This document shows, in pieces, positions 7,162 to 13,791 of a stretch of DNA of 15,220 bases. Where the stretch lies: assembly GCA_003135575.1 (NCBI GenBank), contig PLCG01000104.1, positions 15,631-30,850 of the forward strand, written 5' to 3'. Numbering within the stretch: the stretch's first letter is position 1; each line of letters starts with the position of its first letter. This DNA is from Nitrososphaerota archaeon. Its GTDB lineage: Archaea; Thermoproteota; Nitrososphaeria; Nitrososphaerales; Gagatemarchaeaceae. Below the pieces are notes generated by a model. The model searched no databases and was not told the DNA's origin. It worked only from the letters and a program-made list of their open reading frames with translations. Both the position numbers and the translations under genes were made by a program.

Positions 7162-7327
7162 GGGAACCCGACCTTTTCTTCTCCATCGTCCTGAAGAGGT
7201 ACTCCTCAGCGTCCCCGTCCACGTGACCCTTCAGCTTGCCCTGCAGTTGTTCACTCAACTTTAAGGCCAGCCTCTCGAGTTCGGCCCTTGACGGCTTCCT
7301 CTTCTCCTCTTCCTGCTTAGGTTCCAT
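7148..7327 (-). CDS. 59-aa candidate VapB-like antitoxin (below the ORF-track cutoff)
   Basis: ATG at 7327 with GGAGG (7336-7340 on plus) 8 nt upstream. It translates as MEPKQEEEKRKPSRAELERLALKLSEQLQGKLKGHVDGDAEEYLFRTMEKKRSGSHANH. Its stop (7148-7150) overlaps the vapC start (7161) by 14 nt. Confidence 0.5.
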   Translation of the reverse strand: MEPKQEEEKRKPSRAELERLALKLSEQLQGKLKGHVDGDAEEYLFRTMEKKRSGSHANH

Positions 7328-7471
7328 GCCCTTGGCCTCCTGAGCTGGTCGCGTCCTGATAAGGATTGCCGCGCCGTTGGTCGAAACCCGGGGGCGGTGC
7401 CCCGGCAGGCGGGTCGGGCCTGTCGGGGTAGATCAGGTCCAGCACCTTCTTCGTCCTGTCCTGAGGTAAGA

Positions 7472-7558
7472 GTGCGCTGCCAGGCCCGAATTGCTTCGGG
7501 CAGGAAACACGCACCCTCCCTCCCAAACCCGGCGTGATACTTTCGCATCACCGGGCTT
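7472..7558 (-). ncRNA. group II intron 3' fragment-like element (domain V, candidate domain VI)
   Basis: Minus strand 7558->7525 reads AAGCCCGGUGAUGC-GAAA-GUAUCACGCCGGGUUU (34 nt). It folds as a 9-bp lower helix containing an AGC triad with G.U, a 2-nt AC bulge, a 5-bp upper helix and a GAAA tetraloop. A second extended hairpin at 7515->7472 is capped by GCAA and has an unpaired A at 7478. Confidence 0.55.
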
Positions 7559-7731
7559 TCACCCCTACGTCCTCCGTCTTCTTCTTGTGCATCGGATGGA
7601 TTGATTTCAGCTACCTGTTTTGGGCAGCCTACTGTGGCATGTCGCGCACAAAGCGCCCATTCTGCCGCTGGAGCAATTAAGCGCCCCTGCCTAGCCCAAA
7701 ACTGGTGTTTTCCGCCCGCCAAGATGTTTCG

Positions 7732-8358
7732 CTAAGATAGCCGCGGGTCAGGATTGCGTGGTTTGGCGTGCCTCCCTCGGAGTATCGTGACTGTGATTCC
7801 TATTAGGGCGGCTGCAACTCCAGTCCACAACAAATAATCTGCGAGAGCTGGTAGAAGGGCGAATTCATAGCCGCTTGAAGTTGGGGAGCCAGGGAAACTA
7901 ACGATGTAGTAAGTTAGGTAATCGTAAGGAAAACCCATGGGTCTGAGGGTCGCGTCCGAGGCAGGGGTTGGCATCACGATTGACAAAGGAGGGAGCAACA
8001 ACGTGAGGAGAGTGACGCCAAGCCCCGCGACGGCAGCCATCACAAGCGTCGTGAAAGCAATGGTGAAGATGACCACGAGCGATATCGCGAACCAGATACC
8101 AAAGTCCGCAACGAAGTTCAGCTGGTGAAAGTAGTAAGTGTTGTTCAGGGCTACGGAATAGCCAGGGCCACCTGTGGCACTACAGCAGGGGAAGAAGGTC
8201 GCATAGGGGATAGGGAATCCGTAGACGTCAGCGCTTCCAGCCGCCCCATGGCCGCCAGGGATGGACGCTACCACGAACTCTCCGACAAGGAAGGTAGCCT
8301 GAGTAATCAGCAGTGCGACGAGTATCGCAATCGCAATTTCACTGATGACCCTTCTCAT
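7732..8358 (-). CDS. polytopic membrane protein
   Basis: ATG ORF of 208 aa with at least 4 long hydrophobic segments. The loop carries PCCSATGGPGYSV, and the C-terminus is basic (RGRHAKPRNPDPR). Confidence 0.7.
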   Translation of the reverse strand: MRRVISEIAIAILVALLITQATFLVGEFVVASIPGGHGAAGSADVYGFPIPYATFFPCCSATGGPGYSVALNNTYYFHQLNFVADFGIWFAISLVVIFTIAFTTLVMAAVAGLGVTLLTLLLPPLSIVMPTPASDATLRPMGFPYDYLTYYIVSFPGSPTSSGYEFALLPALADYLLWTGVAAALIGITVTILRGRHAKPRNPDPRLS

Positions 8359-8501
8359 CAGGCGTCACGGGCGAGCGATGATTTTCACGATAAAAGGCTT
8401 CGTCCAAACGGGGACCAGATTTTGGCCCTAGATCAAGCGCACCTCGCGTTGTAGAAATCGCGAGCAAAAAGTAACTGTCAAGTCTACGGCGGGAAAGCTA
8501 T

Positions 8502-8993
8502 TTGTTTGTCTGTGACACCAATAACTTGAGAATGAATATTTCAAGGAAATTTCTGATTACGTTCTCGGCTGGAATTGTAGCGGCAATCCTAGTCTATCTA
8601 GGAATGTTCCTTCTCTCCGGAGGATATCATCTAGTCTCAGTGTCATACCCAGATCCAAATTCCCACATAGCCTGCTTTGGTTGCGGCACTGACACTGTTT
8701 ATGGCATTACTCTTCTGATTGCGGGTGCCTCCCTTATTGGGCTGGGAGTTACCTCATTTGCATACTTTCTTCTTCGAAGGGTGAGAAGACTAACAATAAG
8801 CCCCTCGACAGCCGTTGGGTGCGTACTCCTCATGTTTGGTTCGGTCTCCGCGATTTTCATCTCAAGCATGTTTCTCTTGCCGGTGGGAGATATGCGAGAT
8901 GGTCTGGCTGTAGGTTACCCCTTCGCCATTTCGGCTCTTGTGGCTGGAATTATCTTGATACAGAAAGGTGGTAGAGGCAGGAGCAAGTTTTGA
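8502..8993 (+). CDS. membrane protein (4 TM) with CFGC loop
   Basis: 163-aa ORF. The listed start is TTG 8502, but ATG 8532 (MNISRKF...) is more likely. It has four hydrophobic helices. Local GC is visibly low. Confidence 0.65.
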   Translation: MFVCDTNNLRMNISRKFLITFSAGIVAAILVYLGMFLLSGGYHLVSVSYPDPNSHIACFGCGTDTVYGITLLIAGASLIGLGVTSFAYFLLRRVRRLTISPSTAVGCVLLMFGSVSAIFISSMFLLPVGDMRDGLAVGYPFAISALVAGIILIQKGGRGRSKF

Positions 8994-9088
8994 CCCGCGT
9001 TTGGCTTACGTAGTGCGATTCTACGGTGACTTGACGGCACCATCAAAAGGATACGCTTATCTAGTTCCATTATGGTATTATTGGTAGA

Positions 9089-9361
9089 ATGGTAGAAGCG
9101 GTAACCACGATAGACAAGGCCGGAAGAGTGGTAATCCCCAAGGAAATCAGGGAGAAGATGGACCTCAAGGAGAACAGCATCCTGCTGGTGGTCGAAACGG
9201 ACGGAGACGCGCTGATCCTGAAGAAGCTCGATATTCGGCAGATCGCGGAGCGGCTCAGGGGGGAGCTTAAGGGCAAAGACCTGGATGGAATAGCAACAAA
9301 GGTCGAAGTGCAGTCAAATGAGCGAGTCAGGAAAGAGCGGCTCGAGACGCTTCGTCGTTGA
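9089..9361 (+). CDS. vapB: AbrB/SpoVT-family antitoxin
   Basis: 90 aa. The N-terminus TIDKAGRVVIPKEIREKMDLKENSILLVVETDGDALILKKL matches the swapped-hairpin AbrB/SpoVT pattern (G.v.IPkeiRe.l.l..g). It overlaps the downstream PIN gene. Confidence 0.85.
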   Translation: MVEAVTTIDKAGRVVIPKEIREKMDLKENSILLVVETDGDALILKKLDIRQIAERLRGELKGKDLDGIATKVEVQSNERVRKERLETLRR

Positions 9362-9794
9362 TACTAACGTCTTTGTCGCGGCGATAAAGCCCTTCTCGAA
9401 GTCTGGTCACGGGAGATCCTCGACCGACACGGGCTCCCTCGCTCTCCTGCTCAGGATGATCAACGATAATGAGCTGGAGCTGTTCGCCAATAGATGGCTC
9501 CTGGACGAGTACAAGCGACTTGGGGAGGAGCTGAACTCAGAAACGAGCGAGCTGATTCTGGGCCAGTTGACGGCAAAGATGCGTGAAGTCACTGAACTCG
9601 AGGAGATGGCCGTCGCACGTTGCAGGCCCTACCTCCCGGAACGGGAAGCTGCCGACGTCCTGCACGCTGCGACGTGCGTTCAGTCAAAGGCGGTCTTGAT
9701 AACCAACGACCGGGACTTCGATAGGATAAAGGAATCCGGGATCATCGAAATTTGGAGCATCGGCGAGGCAATCAGGAAACTGTCAATCAAATAA
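9318..9794 (+). CDS. vapC: PIN-domain toxin (PIN_3-like)
   Basis: 158 aa. It carries FVVDTNVFVAAI near the N-terminus, LLDEYKRL mid-protein and ADVLHAA...VLITNDRDFDRI near the C-terminus, giving the acidic-residue pattern of PIN nucleases. It overlaps the antitoxin by 44 nt. Confidence 0.85.
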   Translation: MSESGKSGSRRFVVDTNVFVAAIKPFSKSGHGRSSTDTGSLALLLRMINDNELELFANRWLLDEYKRLGEELNSETSELILGQLTAKMREVTELEEMAVARCRPYLPEREAADVLHAATCVQSKAVLITNDRDFDRIKESGIIEIWSIGEAIRKLSIK

Positions 9795-9825
9795 TAGCAA
9801 GAGAAAGGCGTATTACGACACGGTT

Positions 9826-10005
9826 GTGTTGAGTTCGACGTGTGATGCCTTGATTAGGACGTGCGAGTTGTGCGGACAGCCAGCCGCCAAGCAGAGCCCG
9901 GCGCTCCGCGCCGAGTGCTACTACACGTACTGGTTCAGGCAGAAACACAGCCCGCGGCAACCCGTGCCACAGCACGCGACGGTGTTGGGAAGCGTGAGTA
10001 CCTGA
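9826..10005 (+). CDS. 59-aa Cys4 (zinc-ribbon-like) small protein, tentative
   Basis: GTG start. It translates as MLSSTCDALIRTCELCGQPAAKQSPALRAECYYTYWFRQKHSPRQ... with the pattern C-x6-C-x2-C-x14-C. Its TGA shares a base with the next ATG (cTGATGc at 10003-10007). Confidence 0.3.
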   Translation: MLSSTCDALIRTCELCGQPAAKQSPALRAECYYTYWFRQKHSPRQPVPQHATVLGSVST

Positions 10006-10154
10006 TGCCTACAAAGAAGGACAAGAAGGCCGCTCCAGCCCCTGAGACGAAGGTTCGCGACGTGTTTGAGACCTGGCTCGAGAAGCAACCTGTCAGATCA
10101 GCTAGGTCAAAGGCGGGCTACGTCAGCACTCATGAAAGCAAAGAATCCTCGTAG
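10005..10154 (+). CDS. 49-aa basic small protein, tentative
   Basis: This is the ATG-initiated part of the 9861-10154 ORF: MPTKKDKKAAPAPETKVRDVFETWLEKQPVRSARSKAGYVSTHESKESS. It is start/stop coupled to the preceding small ORF. Confidence 0.25.
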   Translation: MPTKKDKKAAPAPETKVRDVFETWLEKQPVRSARSKAGYVSTHESKESS

Positions 10155-10861
10155 TCCACAGGCGGTACGCCGAAATCATAACGCTGATGCCGGCGTTGCC
10201 AGAAGTTGCCAACTCCGTTCCCCGTTAAGAGCCTCGGAACCCAATCAAGGACACGAACCCACTCGAGATAATCTTCCTCTATCTTCCATTTCCCTACTGG
10301 GCCCCGTTCGCGCTGTTTCTGTACAGGCATGACCTCTCCAGGCTGAGGCATCCTGTCAGGGACGACGGCAGCTTGAGGAACTGGTGGGCGGTCCTGAACC
10401 AGCTGGGTTTGCTCAATGACCGCCTTGCGACCCGAAGGCGACGCAGCTACAGGGGCCTGGCGCTCTTCCTTGCAGTTCCATCGGCATCCTTTGGATTGGC
10501 TGTGGCTTGCACGCTCCATTTGCTCCCGTCCGCTTGGGACATCCTTGTGCTCATCCAGGCTGCCGCGGGAACAATCATGACGGTAGCGACTGTGCGACAT
10601 CTCGGCCCACTGCCTCAGAGATCCTACAAGGACTTCCTCCCCTATCCCCTGCTCGGGTCGAGGATGTATGGACCTGGCCACATCGGGTAGCCAATTCCTA
10701 GCTGAAAGCGGGCAAATAACCACGGGCAAGGCTATGTGAATCACGTCGAATTGGCCACCTTCGAAGGGCAACCAGGATCTTCCCGTAAACTTCCTGCCGT
10801 CGACCCGAGGCTGCTTTGACGAAGGGGACCAACTGTTGGGCCGCCGAATTCGGGGGTTCAA
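10130..10861 (-). CDS. hypothetical ORF of doubtful coding status
   Basis: 243 aa with a TTG start. Only the C-terminal ~60 aa (KWKIEEDYLEWVRVLDWVPRLLTGNGVGNFWQRRHQRYDFGVPPVDYE) look protein-like. The rest is Arg/Pro/Ser-rich. I recognise no family. Confidence 0.25.
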   Translation of the reverse strand: MNPRIRRPNSWSPSSKQPRVDGRKFTGRSWLPFEGGQFDVIHIALPVVICPLSARNWLPDVARSIHPRPEQGIGEEVLVGSLRQWAEMSHSRYRHDCSRGSLDEHKDVPSGREQMERASHSQSKGCRWNCKEERQAPVAASPSGRKAVIEQTQLVQDRPPVPQAAVVPDRMPQPGEVMPVQKQRERGPVGKWKIEEDYLEWVRVLDWVPRLLTGNGVGNFWQRRHQRYDFGVPPVDYEDSLLS

Positions 10862-10871
10862 CTGTTGGGCC
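10830..10871. repeat. 13-bp direct repeat CAACTGTTGGGCC x2
   Basis: Bases 10830-10842 and 10859-10871 are identical (29-bp period), and each is preceded by GGGG(A/T). A partial inverted copy, GTCAACAGGGC, lies at 10878-10888. Confidence 0.9.
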
Positions 10872-11120
10872 CCCTATGTCAACAGGGCTCGGCACGTCCG
10901 CCATTTAATCACCTTCTAAATGATTGGACATGTTGTGGAGCGCTGCGGTCGGATGTCGAGATCGAGGGTGATCGACTCGTCTCGCACCCGCACCTGCGTA
11001 TCGAGTGCCTTTTGCACCGTCTTCAAAAAGTCCGTCGCCGTGGTCCCTTCCGATGAAACCCTTCCCTGATATCGGAGCTGGCCTGAACGCCATACTTTCA
11101 AATGTTGAAACTTGCAAATG

Positions 11121-11357
11121 TTAGAAGGTTTTTGCGCCCCGCTTTCCAAAATACGTGTAAGGCGACCCGCTCACGAGGCCACGTTGAAGTTCCCTGAAAT
11201 CGTTCCGTAGGTATTTGTCGTCGTGGTTGTCGAGGCAGAACTCGACGATGTGATTGGCAATCCTTGAATGCCGATTTGGCTCAAGCCAATTGAGACTGCG
11301 CTTGCGTTCGGAAACCGGTTATGTCCCATATTCCGGTGTTTTCCTAGGCTGTCCCAT
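11121..11357 (-). pseudogene. ORF interrupted by an in-frame TAA, tentative
   Basis: ATG 11357 gives MGQPRKTPEYGT, then TAA (11319-11321). The same frame then stays open for 66 codons: PVSERKRSLNWLEPNRHSRIANHIVEFCLDNHDDKYLRNDFRELQRGLVSGSPYTYFGKRGAKTF. There is no start codon inside that second part. Confidence 0.25.
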
Positions 11358-11526
11358 CGCCGGTGATGCGCCGAAGTTTATGTGTTTGCCCCGCTTGCCT
11401 CATGCGACTCTGGAAGGACAGACTCCCGCTCAAGCGGCTGGCGTGGGCCTTGAATCTAAGAAACAAGTGAATGGAGCTAATGAAGCAAGCCTTAGAAGCG
11501 CCTAACCCTTCAAACTCTCAGGAATA

Positions 11527-11787
11527 ATGAGAAGACGCATTGCTGGCTTCGCGATAGGTAGCGCGGCAATCGTTTTATTATTCGCCTTTTTCATTCCCAT
11601 TCCGACCCCGGCCTTTTATGCCGTACCTCCCGACCTAATGACCCTGTGCCCCAATCATGTTTACCCCTGCCCCATATATCTCTCAATCACAGCGAAGTAT
11701 CTCGGGATTGGGGGCATTTCCCAGTATCCGAGTTACGGAATACAAGTGGGAAACAGCTACGGCGGGGCCATATACTACTGGCTGTAA
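11527..11787 (+). CDS. small secreted/membrane-anchored protein
   Basis: ATG ORF of 86 aa. MRRRIAGFAIGSAAIVLLFAFFIPI is followed by the Cys pair CPNHVYPC and a Gly/Tyr-rich tail. Confidence 0.55.
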   Translation: MRRRIAGFAIGSAAIVLLFAFFIPIPTPAFYAVPPDLMTLCPNHVYPCPIYLSITAKYLGIGGISQYPSYGIQVGNSYGGAIYYWL

Positions 11788-11866
11788 GAGACGGCGCTCG
11801 TAAGAATGCGTCACCGGAAGCGGGACAGGTCATCAAATCACCGGAAATTGGGACACAGCCCGGAAA

Positions 11867-11888
11867 CCTATTAAAAACTCTTAATAGG
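11867..11888. promoter_or_regulatory. AT-rich perfect palindrome upstream of abiEi (candidate operator/promoter)
   Basis: CCTATTAA (11867-11874), spacer AAACTC, TTAATAGG (11881-11888). It lies 36-57 nt upstream of ATG 11924. Confidence 0.45.
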
Positions 11889-11923
11889 TAGCGCTGCTGG
11901 AAGGAACATCAGGTAAGCCGAAA

Positions 11924-12631
11924 ATGGCAAACGTGTACGGTACTGAAGGAAGGCTTCTGGAACAGCTGGCGCTGAACGGGGAGCTCAGCGTGAGCCAGCT
12001 GGCCAGGGCAACTGGCCTGTCGTACCCGACCACGTTATACAAGGCATCCTCCTTCCCGTTCGTGGCCTTCCAGAAGGCGGGCAGGGAGAAGAAGCTCAGG
12101 ATCAGGGACGAGGACGTGGATGCGGTCTACCCCTTCCTCATAGCGCTTCAGACCAGCAGGGCAAAGAAGGCGCAGCTGACGATGGCGTTCCTGTCCAGAA
12201 AGGGCCTCAGCGATGCATCGCTGGGCGGAGAGCTCGCGCTCGAGAAGCAGTTGCCCGTGAAAGACGCCGAGCCTGACCCCGAGATCGAGATCAGGACGGG
12301 GAACCAGAAGGCGTTCAGGAGATTTGCCAGCCGAACGCTCTCCAAGGCCATGGACTCGGATTTTACTTCGAATTCCAGGATAGTCGAGGACCGCGACACG
12401 GCATCCGCAAAGAGGATCGGGCTGCTGCAGGTATCGAGGCCGGAGAAGCTGCTGGTCGACGCCGTCGCGGAGAAGCAGTCCAGGGTGTTCGTCGAGAACG
12501 TCGTCGAGGCGATCGTAAACTCCCGCCATAGCGTCGACACGGACTTCCTGAGGTCGTATGCGAAGAGCAGGGGGGTCCTTGAGGAAGTTGTCAGGGAGCT
12601 GGAGGAAGCGAAGGGGTCTGGGTTCCCATAG
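11924..12631 (+). CDS. abiEi: wHTH protein, AbiEi-like antitoxin/regulator
   Basis: 235 aa. The N-terminal winged-HTH-like segment reads LLEQLALNGELSVSQLARATGLSYPTTLYKA. It sits immediately upstream of, and overlaps, an AbiEii-type nucleotidyltransferase gene. The call is based on position plus the wHTH. Confidence 0.65.
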   Translation: MANVYGTEGRLLEQLALNGELSVSQLARATGLSYPTTLYKASSFPFVAFQKAGREKKLRIRDEDVDAVYPFLIALQTSRAKKAQLTMAFLSRKGLSDASLGGELALEKQLPVKDAEPDPEIEIRTGNQKAFRRFASRTLSKAMDSDFTSNSRIVEDRDTASAKRIGLLQVSRPEKLLVDAVAEKQSRVFVENVVEAIVNSRHSVDTDFLRSYAKSRGVLEEVVRELEEAKGSGFP

Positions 12632-13491
12632 TCTCCGACAGGCAGATACAAGAGATAGCAAAGAGGCTGGGGCTGCAGGAGTCCTTCGTCGAGAGGGAAT
12701 ACCAGCTGCTGGTCACGATCGAGGAGCTTCGCGCCGGCGGGCTGATGAAGCCGAAGAGCCCCCTCTGTCTCGGCGGGGGGCACGGAGTGCGCGCCTACCT
12801 GCCGCAGGAGCTCCAGAGGTTCAGCATAGACCTCGATTTCTACTCGAACGACGGGGACGTCCACAACATCCTGAGGGAGGTCAGCGGTCTCCGGGACCTC
12901 AAAGAGGTAGGGTACGGCGCGGAGTCGGAGGGCAGGTTCAAGCGGTACGATTCGGCCGTCCCCGCCGAGCTGAAGAGGTGCACGGTCGCGCTCCTCAAGC
13001 GGTATGGCCAGTCCTTCAAGTCCGGCGACGTCGACCCGGAGTTCTACGTGACCGTCTCGAACACGCTCGCCTTCGGCAAGTACGAGATGAGGAAACCGAA
13101 ATCATACATCGGGGTCGAATACGTCAAGGAGGAGGTCCCGGTGCTTTCGCCGGCGCTGATCATAGCTAGCAAGATCCGGATCATCCCGCACAGGAAGGTC
13201 AAGGACCTTTACAAGGACGTCTTCGACATCTACGCGCTCTTCAATTCGAGCGATATATCGGTGGACGACTCCGAAATCATCGCCGCGCTATCAGCGACGG
13301 GGTCGAGGATCAGGAAGCCCGAGCTTTTCCAGAGGTTCAAGGAAACGTCCGACCCCCGCAACGCGCGGAACGCCATAAAACTGCCCTCGGAGTCTAGGCG
13401 CAGCTACCTGGAAGATTGGAAGTCCATAAACGCCTTTGTGAAAAAGAAGGCCCTGACGGTTCTGGAGGGCGCAGGGATGCTGGATGGCTGA
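12628..13491 (+). CDS. abiEii: AbiEii/AbiGii-type nucleotidyltransferase toxin (DUF1814-like)
   Basis: It carries LCLGGGHGVRAYLPQELQRFSIDLDF (the KGGTAL...RFSEDLDF type NTase motif). The upstream in-frame stretch IQEIAKRLGLQESFVEREYQLLV matches the usual AbiEii N-terminus. The first ATG is only at 12745, so the 5' limit is set at ATA 12628 (see findings). Confidence 0.8.
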   Translation: MVSDRQIQEIAKRLGLQESFVEREYQLLVTIEELRAGGLMKPKSPLCLGGGHGVRAYLPQELQRFSIDLDFYSNDGDVHNILREVSGLRDLKEVGYGAESEGRFKRYDSAVPAELKRCTVALLKRYGQSFKSGDVDPEFYVTVSNTLAFGKYEMRKPKSYIGVEYVKEEVPVLSPALIIASKIRIIPHRKVKDLYKDVFDIYALFNSSDISVDDSEIIAALSATGSRIRKPELFQRFKETSDPRNARNAIKLPSESRRSYLEDWKSINAFVKKKALTVLEGAGMLDG

Positions 13492-13791
13492 AATGCGAAG
13501 ATCGCCTGATTCAGAATTCAGTGTCAAATGCGGTAGCGCGCACGTGGCATAACCGGTCACCACATTGATGCTATTGTGACGCGCTAAAGCCCAGTTGTGC
13601 ACGTTCGTCTTTTGACCTTCGAGCTTAAGCCACGGTGAAATAAGAGCGATCAGACCAACGAGTGGTATGACGAGCGAAACCCAGGCAAACCACACGTTGT
13701 TAGAATCGTAGACGTAGCAAAAGGGAGAAGGCACCAAGCTTTCCTCGCAACGCGCAAAAATTAGGTACGCGCATACCGCAATGCTATTTTC

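Noticed and set aside
7261-7722. 153-aa ORF (and the overlapping 69-aa ORF 7317-7526).
   Set aside because: The composition is Arg/Gly/Pro-rich with a TTG start. It reads straight through the D5/D6-like hairpins and over the SD and start of the 7148-7327 ORF. It is most likely an open frame in GC-rich non-coding DNA.
7345-7731. SRP RNA or RNase P RNA, considered because of two GNRA-capped GC-rich hairpins on the minus strand.
   Set aside because: I found no GAGGAAAGUCC-type or ACAGAA…GGCUUA-type RNase P motif and no SRP helix-8-type GGAA/AGCA motif. The first hairpin fits group II intron domain V much better.
12583-12631. Programmed -1 frameshift fusing AbiEi to AbiEii.
   Set aside because: The 46-nt overlap window between the two frames contains no X-XXY-YYZ slippery heptamer.
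12035-13169. Long ORFs 12035-12661(-), 12148-12864(-) and 12558-13169(+).
   Set aside because: These are shadow frames of the very GC3-rich abiEi/abiEii genes. Their compositions are Arg/Leu/Pro- or Ser-rich, and they have no independent motifs.
13291-13737. 148-aa minus-strand ORF with one hydrophobic helix.
   Set aside because: It has only a TTG/GTG start. Its last ~200 nt run antisense through the 3' end of abiEii, where stop-free antisense frames are expected. The first ~80 codons could be a real small membrane protein, but I cannot support it.
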